From the sequence record NZ_CP039562.1: DNA of 64,000 bases; one strand, 5' to 3'. Below the pieces are notes generated by a model, which was not told the origin of the DNA, ran no database searches, and saw only the letters and a list, made by a program, of their open reading frames with translations. A program made the position numbers and the translations under genes. This DNA is from a plasmid. Of this stretch, positions 40,798 to 51,835 are shown in pieces. Within the stretch, counting starts at the first letter, position 1. The number at the start of each line of letters is the position of its first letter.

Positions 40798-40828
40798 GGA
40801 AACGGAATGGGGAAACTCATTCCGTTTT
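40798..40828 (+). terminator. Rho-independent terminator after blaCTX-M
   Basis: GAAACGGAATG-GGGAAACT-CATTCCGTTTTTG. Confidence 0.7.
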
Positions 40829-40851
40829 TGTTTATCGCCTTAGACGGCAAA

Positions 40852-40980
40852 AGTGCTGTCGCCCACCTGCGCTTGCGCATACCAGGCCATAAGCTCCGTG
40901 GTTCCTGGTTCTCCTTCCGCTGGAGCCCAGTGCGCATAGTCATCGGCAGCCACGGGTTGATAGCCACCGTGTTTTACTTC
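40852..40980 (-). pseudogene. wbuC: orf477/wbuC (cupin) 3' fragment, separated from its 5' part (47362-47553) by IS26 inversion
   Basis: When joined to 47362-47553 across one copy of the 8-bp TSD, it continues in frame (...GGIIF|EVKHGGYQPVAADDYAHW...AV*) to a stop. Confidence 0.6.
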
Positions 40981-40988
40981 AAAAATTA

Positions 40989-41808
40989 GGCACTGTTGCA
41001 AAGTTAGCGATGAGGCAGCCTTTTGTCTTATTCAAAGGCCTTACATTTCAAAAACTCTGCTTACCAGGCGCATTTCGCCCAGGGGATCACCATAATAAAA
41101 TGCTGAGGCCTGGCCTTTGCGTAGTGCACGCATCACCTCAATACCTTTGATGGTGGCGTAAGCCGTCTTCATGGATTTAAATCCCAGCGTGGCGTTGATT
41201 ATCCGTTTCAGTTTGCCATGATCGCATTCAATCACGTTGTTCCGGTACTTAATCTGTCGGTGTTCAACGTCAGACGGGCACCGGCCTTCGCGTTTGAGCA
41301 GAGCAAGCGCGCGACCATAGGCGGGCGCTTTATCCGTGTTGATGAATCGTGGGATCTGCCACTTCTTCACGTTGTTGAGGATTTTACCCAGAAACCGGTA
41401 TGCAGCTTTGCTGTTACGACGGGAGGAGAGATAAAAATCGACAGTGCGGCCCCGGCTGTCGACGGCCCGGTACAGATACGCCCAGCGGCCATTGACCTTC
41501 ACGTAGGTTTCATCCATGTGCCACGGGCAAAGATCGGAAGGGTTACGCCAGTACCAGCGCAGCCGTTTTTCCATTTCAGGCGCATAACGCTGAACCCAGC
41601 GGTAAATCGTGGAGTGATCGACATTCACTCCGCGTTCAGCCAGCATCTCCTGCAGCTCACGGTAACTGATGCCGTATTTGCAGTACCAGCGTACGGCCCA
41701 CAGAATGATGTCACGCTGAAAATGCCGGCCTTTGAATGGGTTCATGTGCAGCTCCATCAGCAAAAGGGGATGATAAGTTTATCACCACCGACTATTTGCA
41801 ACAGTGCC
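40989..41808 (-). mobile_element. IS26: IS26 copy 4 (tnp26 41041-41745, minus strand; N184)
   Basis: IRs. The left flank aaaaatta is the reverse complement of the copy 5 left flank. Confidence 0.95.
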
Positions 41809-42125
41809 CTATCGACACAACAACGGCCGCTGGCAAGCTTGTCTTCGGTATCTTTGCCGCACTGGCGGAGTTTGAGCGCGAACTGATTGCTGAAAGAACG
41901 ACTGCAGGTCTGGCATCAGCAAGAGCCCGTGGGCGGAACGGCGGCCGACCTTATAAAATGACGCCAGTCAAACTGCGACTGGCAATGGCATCAATGGGAC
42001 AATCAGAAACAAAGGTCAGTACGCTATGCCAGGAACTTGGGATAACCCGGCAAACTTTGTACAGGCATATTTCCCCTGTTGGTCAACTGCGGGCGGACGG
42101 GATCAAGCTGCTCAACCGTGGATAA
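41809..42125 (+). pseudogene. tnpR: Tn3-family resolvase tnpR, C-terminal 105 codons
   Basis: Serine-recombinase C-terminal HTH region (...GRPYKMTPVKLRLAMASMGQSETKVSTLCQELGITRQTLYRHI...). The preceding residues are IS26 read-through. Confidence 0.7.
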
Positions 42126-42443
42126 TTTGAACGGACGGAAAAATCTGGGGTTCCGGCGTAGTACCCCTATCACCTCCACATTTTTGCAACAGTGCCTTAT
42201 AAATGGCAGCCTTATGTTTACTTGCCAAGATGGGCTACCATATGATGTTTTATACTGAGCAATATTAATATTATCTTTAATGGAAAAATTAAGCCCACTA
42301 AGTGACCCACTGCTATATGGCTCTATTGTGAAGACGCCTGAGGGTAAAAATTTATACATGGTTGTCCCTATGTCTATTATTGCAAGGTTGACAATATTAT
42401 TCGTTTTATAAATTTGAGCGTTTAAAATCACACATCAAAGCAA

Positions 42444-43100
42444 TTAGTCAGGATAAACAACAATACCCAGTGCTTCGAGAATCAGTTCTTGCTGCCAGGC
42501 TGCAATTTTGATACCTGATGTATCGACTTTGCGGGGATCTAAACCGTCGAGTTCGGCGTGGCATAAATTGGCACCCTGTAGGCTAAATTGCCCCCAGACA
42601 TCTTCGGAAAAAACACCTCGACTTAAGTCTGACTCTTTCAGTGATGCACCCGCTAGGTTCGTTCCTATCCAGCGATTTTCAAACAACTCACATTTTTCTA
42701 AACAAACCCTCTCCATATTGGCATAGGAAAGATTACATCCAGAAATAAATGCTGAGCAAAAGTACATACGATTACTCACTTGATGGGCAAAGTTTGTTCG
42801 GGAAAAGTTGGCACCTTTTAAATCACACGCACGGAACTCTATACCGTAGCAATTGGCATTACTGAAGTTTGCCATCGCAAGTTGGCATTGTTGGAAACTT
42901 GCATCACGAAGATCTGCGACATCAAAGTGGCAGCCTTCGATATCACCCTGTTCAATGAACTTGCAGTTGACGAATGTCGTATCACGCAAGTTAGCACGTC
43001 GAAAGTCGCTGCGAATGAATGTGCAAGCGGTGAAGGTGAGATCACTTAAGTCTTTATGTGAAAAGTTGTGGTGCCGATATGTATGATTGTAGGTTTCCAT
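42444..43100 (-). CDS. qnrS1: Pentapeptide-repeat quinolone resistance protein QnrS1
   Basis: METYNHTYRHHNFSHKDLSDLTFTACTFIRSDFRRANLRDTTFVNCKF... 218 aa. Matches QnrS1 from memory. Confidence 0.9.
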   Translation of the reverse strand: METYNHTYRHHNFSHKDLSDLTFTACTFIRSDFRRANLRDTTFVNCKFIEQGDIEGCHFDVADLRDASFQQCQLAMANFSNANCYGIEFRACDLKGANFSRTNFAHQVSNRMYFCSAFISGCNLSYANMERVCLEKCELFENRWIGTNLAGASLKESDLSRGVFSEDVWGQFSLQGANLCHAELDGLDPRKVDTSGIKIAAWQQELILEALGIVVYPD

Positions 43101-43399
43101 GAGTACTCCTTGTTGAAAGGAGGGCTAGACTACCATTATACATATGCCAAGACATTAAAATAAAAGCCTGTTACATCAACACATTACAACCCCTCAATTT
43201 ACCTGTTTTAAGTGGTCAAATTGGCGCGTAGAGCGCCTATCGCTCTTGCATTGGCACGCGGCCCTGTTGAAAAAAGTTATTCGCTTTAGATAGGGTTAGG
43301 AGAGCCGTGCTTCGCCGGTAAAAAATCGGACTATCCGACGCAGGGCGGACTCATCGGCGGAGAAGCAAACTTTGACTATATCTCCCTACACTTGGAAGA

Positions 43400-44519
43400 G
43401 GGCTAGACTGGCCCCATAGATCACCAGACACTTCGACTCTCTTAAAATAAGAGGTAGTCTTGGAACTATGTTTAATACCAGTCAGAACGATAAGATGGTT
43501 GAAGTGTTATCAGGACCTGAGCGGCGTCGGCGTCGTACACCGCAGGAAAAAATTGCCATTATTCAGCAGACTATGGAGCCCGGTATGACCGTGTCTCATG
43601 TCGCGCGCCTGCATGGCATCAATGCAAACCAGATATTCAAATGGCGCAAGCAATATTAAGACGGTTCACTGACGGCTGTTGCATCGGGCGAGGAAGTGGT
43701 GCCGGCCTCCGAACTCGCTGCCGCCAATAAGCAAATTCGCGAACTCCAGCGCCTTCTGGGCAAAAAGACGATGGAAGCCGAGATACTCAAAGAGGCCGTG
43801 GAGTTCGGCCGGGCAAAAAAATGGATTGCGCATGCGCCCTCGTTGCCTGGGAACGACGAATAAGCGACGTTTGCAGAAGTCTTGGCGTGTCGCGTGCGCA
43901 GTTGAGCATTCGGGTTCACCGGCCATCTGACTGACAGGATCGCAGACGGCAGCCCCGTTCTGACGATACCACCGTATTGTCCCGGATAAACATGGCGGTG
44001 GCTGACCTGCCGACGTATGGTTATCGCCGTGTGTGGGCGCTGCTGCGACGGGAGTCGGAGCGGGACGGCCTGCCTGTGGTTAATGCAAAGCGGGTGTATC
44101 GCATTATGAGAACGCATAATCTGCTTCTTGAACGTAAACCCGCTGATCCTTGCCGTAAGCGGGCCCATAAGGGGCGCGTAGCAGTAGCGGAAAGTAACCG
44201 GCGCTGGTGCTCAGATGGCTTTGAGTTCCGCTGTGATAATGGCGAAAAGCTGCGGGTGACCTTCGCGCAGGACTGCTGCGACAGGGAGATCATTGACTGG
44301 GCAGCGAGCACCGGAGGCTATGACAAAGAAACGGTGCAGGATGTCATGCTGGGTGCGGTGGAAAAACGCTTCGGAAGGCAGTTGCCAACAGTGCCGGCGT
44401 TCGCCCGGTTGCTGGGACTGGAGCCTTGTACGACAGCAGTGCGAAGCCCGGAAAGCAATGGCATAGCAGAAAGCTTCGTGATGACGATAAAACGGGACTA
44501 CATCAGCATCAGGATTTTA
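43400..44519 (+). mobile_element. IS3-family element remnant (ISKpn19-like): orfA 43468-43659 and orfB truncated at the Tn2 IR
   Basis: OrfA has an HTH ([24 protein letters not shown]). OrfB has a DDE integrase core and is cut at 44519. This is the typical qnrS1-adjacent IS. Confidence 0.65.
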
Positions 44520-44557
44520 GGGGTCTGACGCTCAGTGGAACGAAAACTCACGTTAAG
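44520..44557. repeat. Tn2/Tn3 38-bp terminal inverted repeat
   Basis: GGGGTCTGACGCTCAGTGGAACGAAAACTCACGTTAAG. Confidence 0.9.
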
Positions 44558-47338
44558 CAACGTTTTCTGCCTCTGACGCCTCTTTTAATGGTCTCAGATG
44601 TCCTTTGGTCACCAGTTCTGCCAGCGTGAAGGAATAATGGCCGAGCATATTGATATGTCCGTGGCAAAGCGGGGAGAGGCGTGCGATATCTTCATCATTC
44701 AGTGTTTCACCCTGCGCCCGGAGATGATCCAGGGCTGCCTGCATATAAATAGTGTTCCATAACACGACGGCGTTAGTGACCAGCCCCAGTGTGCCCAGTT
44801 GATCTTCCTGACCGTCGGTATATCGTTTTCTTATCTCACCTTTTTGACCGTGACAGATGGCTCTGGCAACGGCATGGCGACTTTCTCCCCGATTAAGCTG
44901 GGTCAGAATGCGCCGGCGGTAATCTTCATCATCAATATAATTAAGCAGATACAGCGTTTTGTTGATGCGCCCCACTTCAATGATTGCCTGAGTCAGTCCG
45001 GAAGGACGTTCACTTTTCAGCAATGAACGGACCAGCACTGAAACCTGTACTTTGCCCAGCTTCAGGGAGCCAGCGGTCCGGATCATTTCGTCCCACTGAA
45101 GGACTATTTTTCGGGGATCTGATTGCCCTCTGGCAATATCATTCAGCACGCCATAGTCGGCATCATGGTCCATTCGCCAGAAAACCGAAGCACCGGCATC
45201 AGCCAGGCGTGGAGAAAACTGGTATCCCAGCAGCCAGAAAAGGCCAAAGACAAGTTCGCTGGCACCTGCTGTATCGGTCATAATTTCGGTTGGATTCAGC
45301 CCGGTCTCCTGTTCCAGAAGACCTTCCAGCACAAAGATAGAGTCCCTCAGCGTCCCCGGTATAACGATGCCATGAAAGCCGGAATACTGATCGGACACAA
45401 AGTTGTACCAGGTGATCCCTCTGTTATTACCAAAGTATTTGCGGTTCGGTCCGGCATTGATTGTTCTGACTGGCGTAACAAAGCGCATTCCATCTGCAGA
45501 TGCCACTTCTCCTCCACCCCATATCTGTGCCAGTGGCAGCGTTGCCTGAAAATCAACCAGTCTGGCATTAGCGCTGGTGATAGTTTCAGCCCGCAGATAG
45601 TTCGCTTTTGTCCAGTTCAGCCGGTGTCGGGTCAGTGCAGGAACATTTGATCTGATCAGTGGTTCCAGACCGATATTGCAGGCTTCAGCCATCAGCACGG
45701 CGCTGATGCTGACGGGCAGATCATCAACTCTGGCACTGGCTTCACTAGCATGGAAAAACTCATCAGCAAATCCGGTATGGGCGTTAATTTCGAGCAGCAA
45801 CTCCGTTAAATCCACCGGAGGGAGTAGATCACTGATCATTTTGCTCAGTCGTTTCAGACTGTCCGGCTCATCAAGACTGGCGAGGGGAGAAATTGTCAAC
45901 CGGGGCTTCGGGCCAGAAACATCGAGTTCGACAGCCTCATTTTCGCAAAGACGTGCAGCAACCTGTCTGTAACGACTATCAAGCTGATGACCCAGAGATT
46001 TTATTGCTTCCTGCGGGTCTGTCGGGTGCCCCAAAGAACGATAAACCTTAATCCGGTTTGCCTGCCAGTCAGCACCCTGTAGTAATCTTGCACGAGGATC
46101 TCCCCACCGGTTACTGCCGGTAACGTAGACATCCCTCCGCCTCAGACTATCCTGCAGTTTACTGAGAAAGCAGAGCGTGTATCCCCTGCGGGTGATATGT
46201 TTTTCCTTGTTAATCACCAGCCGTTTCCATGACCGACTGATAATTTCCGTTGGTGCGTCGTCAAAAAACTGCCGCCGTGAGCTGAACTCCCGGCTGAGGT
46301 AGTCACAGGCATTCAGAGTGGTAACCCCGGCAGGTGCGGATGAAAATTTAACGGTATTCAGCAGATGGGGCAGGAAACGACGAACGCGCCCGTACTGCTC
46401 CACCATTTCTTCATGAAAATTATCGTCTGAGGGCCGGGCAATTTCACGGACAAGCGTGATGATTTCAGCCAGCTTTTGCCTTGGGATGTAGCTGAACACC
46501 TCAGCACGAATCGATTCGTCCGGTGTTTCTTCTTTCAGCAGGTACGAACATGCGCTGGCGAGCGCCAATGCAGATTTATCCAGATCCTTCAGCGAGCGGA
46601 GCCGTTTTTTCTGCCCAATCTTTCTGGCGTCACGGATGATAACGGCCAGCATGGCGTCCAGAACGTCCAATGCATCATCCAGCGCCAGCGTTTCCCATGC
46701 AAGGACAAAGGCAACCAGAACCGCCATCCTTTTCTGCGGTGACATCCTGGCAATATTGAACACCGAAGTCATACCAGCATAACGTGCGAGATTTTTCAGG
46801 CGCACAGCCGGGAGTGTACTCAGGTTTTCAGCATGCAGGCCAAAATCGTTCAGAGTTTTCCAGCGTTCAATTGCTTCATTAAACGCCGGACCACTGATGG
46901 TCACAGGGCCCTTTTTCAGTGATTCCAGTAAAGACAGGCGGCTGCAATCAGTTGGCCCCAGCAGCATCTCCAGCTGTGAACGCTGTTCGGCTGACGGTAT
47001 CAGTGCCAGTTTGTTCCACAGGCGCAACGTCGCCTTTTCCCTTACCTCTGAAATCAACCGGGTCAGCGTAGTGGCTCCGGGGAGAATAATACGATGTTGC
47101 ATAAGCCACCCTGTCGCCAGATCGAAAAGCAGGCCAGGACGTTCGTTGCTTATCCAGCTCCGGGTATATAAAAGACGGGTAAGGCGAAATGTCCAGGGCC
47201 AGGCAAATTCACGATACTGATAGTGCTGACGTATCAGCGCTGCATGCTCACGGCGGGTATTTTCCCTCTGACCGTATTCTGCAAGAACGGTGATATCACG
47301 AATCCCGAGCTGTCTGGCGGTAAAATGCCGGACGCCGG
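44553..47338 (-). pseudogene. tnpA: Tn2/Tn3 transposase tnpA lacking its first ~70 codons
   Basis: Near-identical over most of its length to the Tn3 TnpA sequence from memory (MQHRIILPGATTLTRLISEVREKATLRLWNK... to ...EASEAENVA). Homology breaks near 47338 at the orf477 junction, the typical ISEcp1-blaCTX-M-orf477 insertion site. Confidence 0.85.
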
Positions 47339-47361
47339 AAGGAATATGACCTGGGACCTAC

Positions 47362-47553
47362 GTGCGCCCGCACCGACACCCTCACACCTTCGAGCTACTG
47401 TTGCCATTAAGGGGTCGTTTCGTGGTGCTGAATTTTGACGATCGGGGTACCGTCACCCATCGGGCGATATTGGGGGAAACCTGTACGGTGCTGGAGATGG
47501 CCGCAGGAACCTGGCATGCCGTGCTGTCGCTGGATACCGGTGGCATAATTTTT
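47362..47553 (+). pseudogene. wbuC: orf477/wbuC cupin gene 5' fragment
   Basis: MRPHRHPHTFELLLPLRGRFVVLNFDDRGTVTHRAIL... is a cupin HxH motif. It runs into the IS26 copy 5 left IR. Confidence 0.6.
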
Positions 47554-48373
47554 GGCACTGTTGCAAATAGTCGGTGGTGATAAACTTATCATCCCCTTTT
47601 GCTGATGGAGCTGCACATGAACCCATTCAAAGGCCGGCATTTTCAGCGTGACATCATTCTGTGGGCCGTACGCTGGTACTGCAAATACGGCATCAGTTAC
47701 CGTGAGCTGCAGGAGATGCTGGCTGAACGCGGAGTGAATGTCGATCACTCCACGATTTACCGCTGGGTTCAGCGTTATGCGCCTGAAATGGAAAAACGGC
47801 TGCGCTGGTACTGGCGTAACCCTTCCGATCTTTGCCCGTGGCACATGGATGAAACCTACGTGAAGGTCAATGGCCGCTGGGCGTATCTGTACCGGGCCGT
47901 CGACAGCCGGGGCCGCACTGTCGATTTTTATCTCTCCTCCCGTCGTAACAGCAAAGCTGCATACCGGTTTCTGGGTAAAATCCTCAACAACGTGAAGAAG
48001 TGGCAGATCCCACGATTCATCAACACGGATAAAGCGCCCGCCTATGGTCGCGCGCTTGCTCTGCTCAAACGCGAAGGCCGGTGCCCGTCTGACGTTGAAC
48101 ACCGACAGATTAAGTACCGGAACAACGTGATTGAATGCGATCATGGCAAACTGAAACGGATAATCAACGCCACGCTGGGATTTAAATCCATGAAGACGGC
48201 TTACGCCACCATCAAAGGTATTGAGGTGATGCGTGCACTACGCAAAGGCCAGGCCTCAGCATTTTATTATGGTGATCCCCTGGGCGAAATGCGCCTGGTA
48301 AGCAGAGTTTTTGAAATGTAAGGCCTTTGAATAAGACAAAAGGCTGCCTCATCGCTAACTTTGCAACAGTGCC
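47554..48373 (+). mobile_element. IS26: IS26 copy 5 (tnp26 47617-48321; N184)
   Basis: IRs. The left flank is taattttt. Confidence 0.95.
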
Positions 48374-48463
48374 AGCCAAACATCCCTGCGATGATCGACC
48401 TCTGGGCGTTTGGTCGTGAGCCCGCCACCCTCGCGCTACGCTTTGCGCAGGCGTCGAAGGCGA

Positions 48464-49006
48464 TCAGGTGCGCCCATCGATTCCGTCGAGCACCATCGCT
48501 GCGAGTTCATCGCTGGTGTGTGCACCACTATCGAGAACACGGGTTGTGCATGGAAGCCGTTCCCTTGCGGCCAAGCATCGGGCGACATTCGCTAATCGCC
48601 ACTCTCGAATCTCCGCATTTCGATTCGGGTCAGGATGCATGGTCTGGTTCGCGATCCGGTGACGCAATAGGTCCTCGTTGAGCGTCAGAAAGATGTGCAG
48701 CAGCTGATCGTCGATCCGCCTTACCCCGTCGAGTATCTCAGTCAGATAGTCCGGGTGCACGAGCGTCATTGGGATGATGATGTCCTGCGAGTAATTCCTT
48801 CGAATCTCCCTGACCGCCGCGATCGTAAGTCCCCTCCACAAGGGGAGATCCTGATAGTCTCCGCTCGCTGGCATGGGGACCGTTTCTTTCACCACGAACC
48901 CGATTTCCTCGGGGTCAAAGATCAGCGATTTGGAACGCCGATCGCGCAGCCGCTTAGCGAGCGTCGTCTTTCCGGCGCCGAAAGGTCCGTTGATCCAGAT
49001 TATCAT
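48464..49006 (-). CDS. tmrB: TmrB-like P-loop ATPase (tunicamycin resistance protein family)
   Basis: MIIWINGPFGAGKTTLAKRL Walker A. It is the typical partner downstream of aac(3)-IId. Confidence 0.7.
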   Translation of the reverse strand: MIIWINGPFGAGKTTLAKRLRDRRSKSLIFDPEEIGFVVKETVPMPASGDYQDLPLWRGLTIAAVREIRRNYSQDIIIPMTLVHPDYLTEILDGVRRIDDQLLHIFLTLNEDLLRHRIANQTMHPDPNRNAEIREWRLANVARCLAARERLPCTTRVLDSGAHTSDELAAMVLDGIDGRT

Positions 49007-49018
49007 TGTCGACGGCCT

Positions 49019-49879
49019 CTAACCTGAAGGCTCGCAAGAGCGCTCGACGGCCTCGTGCGGAGGCACGATCGGAGTGGTTCCGAAATGCTTCTCAAGATAG
49101 GTGACGCCGAACGTCACGATGTCCTGCGCGTCGAACAGGTAGCACTGAGCAAAGCCCACGACACCTTCTCGATGGCGACCGAGCTTCACGTAAGCATTTG
49201 CTATAGTTTCAACCGCATCCGGCTTTCCTTCGATAGCAAAGCAATCGAGAATGCCGTTTGAATCGTAATCCGATGCCGTTTTCCAGGCGACTTCACCGTC
49301 TCTTCCAAGCATCGGCATCTCATACGTCACCCACCGTTTGTTGGGGATATCGGCAACCGCCTCGGCGTAGTGCAATGCGGTAACGGAGTTTAGCGGCGCA
49401 CCCAACAGCAGGGCCTTCCCGCCAAGGCGAACGAACCGCTCGACGGGCGATCCTTCCCCCAAGGCGTGACCGAGTTCGTGAGGCTCCGTCAGCGTTTCAG
49501 CCAGCGGACCAACCGCGACCATCGATGCATCGGGGTGCGCGCTGCGCCGCGCGCCGGGGGCTTGAACCAGAAATTGATTCAGCAGGCCGAACCCACGGTA
49601 AGTCCCGGCTGTTGCGGGATCGAACGGCAGCCAGGTACGGCGGGCTTCGTCATCCAGCCGAGCGCCATTCAGAGTCTCCTCGTAGGGTGATCGGTCCCAC
49701 GACGCGTATCCCATCACAGTGCCAGTCGGCCCAACCGCGGAGCGTAACGCGGCAACGACCGTCTCCGCTCCTCCTTCGACCGGACCAATCGCTTTAAGTG
49801 AGGCATGCACCATCAAGAGGTCACCGGTTTGGACTCCGAGTTTTTGAAGCGCCTCCGTTATTGCCTTCCGCGTATGCAT
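49019..49879 (-). CDS. aac(3)-IId: Aminoglycoside 3-N-acetyltransferase AAC(3)-IId (gentamicin resistance)
   Basis: MHTRKAITEALQKLGVQTGDLLMVHASLKAIGPVEGGAETVVAAL... matches AAC(3)-II from memory. The start is taken at MHTRK. Confidence 0.85.
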   Translation of the reverse strand: MHTRKAITEALQKLGVQTGDLLMVHASLKAIGPVEGGAETVVAALRSAVGPTGTVMGYASWDRSPYEETLNGARLDDEARRTWLPFDPATAGTYRGFGLLNQFLVQAPGARRSAHPDASMVAVGPLAETLTEPHELGHALGEGSPVERFVRLGGKALLLGAPLNSVTALHYAEAVADIPNKRWVTYEMPMLGRDGEVAWKTASDYDSNGILDCFAIEGKPDAVETIANAYVKLGRHREGVVGFAQCYLFDAQDIVTFGVTYLEKHFGTTPIVPPHEAVERSCEPSG

Positions 49880-50085
49880 CGCGATATCTCCTCTAAACTG
49901 CAAAACACTATACGCTGATGAATCCCCTAATGATTTTGGTAAAAATCATTAAGTTAAGGTGGATACACATCTTGTCATATGATCAAATGGTTTCGCGAAA
50001 AATCAATAATCAGACAACAAGATGTGCGAACTCGATATTTTACACGACTCTCTTTACCAATTCTGCCCCGAATTACACTTAAAAC

Positions 50086-50905
50086 GGCACTGTTGCAAAG
50101 TTAGCGATGAGGCAGCCTTTTGTCTTATTCAAAGGCCTTACATTTCAAAAACTCTGCTTACCAGGCGCATTTCGCCCAGGGGATCACCATAATAAAATGC
50201 TGAGGCCTGGCCTTTGCGTAGTGCACGCATCACCTCAATACCTTTGATGGTGGCGTAAGCCGTCTTCATGGATTTAAATCCCAGCGTGGCGTTGATTATC
50301 CGTTTCAGTTTGCCATGATCGCATTCAATCACGTTGTTCCGGTACTTAATCTGTCGGTGTTCAACGTCAGACGGGCACCGGCCTTCGCGTTTGAGCAGAG
50401 CAAGCGCGCGACCATAGGCGGGCGCTTTATCCGTGTTGATGAATCGTGGGATCTGCCACTTCTTCACGTTGTTGAGGATTTTACCCAGAAACCGGTATGC
50501 AGCTTTGCTGTTACGACGGGAGGAGAGATAAAAATCGACAGTGCGGCCCCGGCTGTCGACGGCCCGGTACAGATACGCCCAGCGGCCATTGACCTTCACG
50601 TAGGTTTCATCCATGTGCCACGGGCAAAGATCGGAAGGGTTACGCCAGTACCAGCGCAGCCGTTTTTCCATTTCAGGCGCATAACGCTGAACCCAGCGGT
50701 AAATCGTGGAGTGATCGACATTCACTCCGCGTTCAGCCAGCATCTCCTGCAGCTCACGGTAACTGATGCCGTATTTGCAGTACCAGCGTACGGCCCACAG
50801 AATGATGTCACGCTGAAAATGCCGGCCTTTGAATGGGTTCATGTGCAGCTCCATCAGCAAAAGGGGATGATAAGTTTATCACCACCGACTATTTGCAACA
50901 GTGCC
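50086..50905 (-). mobile_element. IS26: IS26 copy 6 (tnp26 50138-50842, minus strand; N184)
   Basis: IRs. The flanks are cttaaaac and gcggcgac. Confidence 0.95.
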
Positions 50906-51655
50906 GCGGCGACAGATATTGCAACAATGTGTCGTCCAGCGCCGTGCCGTTGCCACGCAAAGCACTGGTGGCACGCTCCAGATATACCGTGTTCCACAAC
51001 ACGATGGCCGCCGTCACCAGATTGAGGCCGCTGGCCCGGTAGCGCTGCTGCTCAAAACTGCGGTCGCGGATTTCACCCAATCGGTAGAAGAAGACCGCCC
51101 TGGCCAGCGCGTTGCGCGCCTCGCCCTTATTCAGCCCCGCATGGACGCGGCGGCGCAGCTCCACGCTTTGCAGCCAATCCAAAATGAACAGCGTGCGCTC
51201 GATGCGCCCCAGCTCGCGCAACGCCACGGCCAAGCCGTTCTGGCGCGGGTAGCTGCCGAGTTTGCGCAGCATCAGCGAAGCCGTTACCGTGCCTTGCTTG
51301 ATGGAGGTGGCCAGCCGCAGAATTTCATCCCAATGGGCGCGTATTTGCTTGATGTTCAGCCTGTCGCTGCTAATCATCGGCTTGAGCGCGTCATAGGCGG
51401 CATCGCCCTTGGGGATGAATAGCTTGGTTTCGCCCAAGTCACGGATACGCGGCGCGAAGCGAAATCCCAGCAAATGCATCAAGCCAAACACGTGATCGGT
51501 GAAGCCTGCCGTGTCGGTGTAGTGTTCCTCGATGCGCAAGTCCGACTCGTGGTACAGCAGGCCATCAAGCACGTAAGTTGAATCACGAATGCCCACGTTG
51601 ACCACCTTGGCACTGAAGGGCGCGTACTGGTCGGAGATATGGGTGTAGAAAGTCC
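50906..51655 (-). pseudogene. tnpA: Tn3-family (Tn21/Tn1721 subgroup; TnAs2-like) tnpA internal fragment
   Basis: About 85-90% aa identity to the Tn1721-like fragment at 35451-36967 ([47 protein letters not shown]...). It is cut by IS26 on one side and by a junction at ~51655 on the other. Confidence 0.7.
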
Positions 51656-51659
51656 GTAA

Positions 51660-51750
51660 GTATCTTTACTCAAAAGTTGCAATCAATAATTTATTGAAAA
51701 AGATTGAAAGGTGGTGGTAAATAATGTTGCAATGTGGGAGTATCTGTAAT
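51660..51750 (+). mobile_element. IS1380-family (ISEcp1-like, diverged) right-end fragment carrying a TTGAAA-17 bp-TGCAAT outward promoter, without terminal IR
   Basis: About 85% identical to 39725-39800 of the ISEcp1 remnant (GATTGAAAGGTGGTGGTAAATAATGTTGCAATGTGGGAG). Confidence 0.5.
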
Positions 51751-51791
51751 TGTAATGACCCACTGAAATCCTGCTCAGGTCATAATGAGTG
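51751..51791 (+). repeat. Solo 41-bp copy of the ISKpn40-like left end (TGTAATGACCCACTGAAATCCTGCTCAGGTCATAATGAGTG)
   Basis: Identical to 54101-54141, the start of the complete IS3-family element downstream of dgkA. Confidence 0.8.
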
Positions 51792-51835
51792 ATGTCTCGT
51801 TAGAAAGTGATTGTTGGACTATTAATGGAGTAAGT

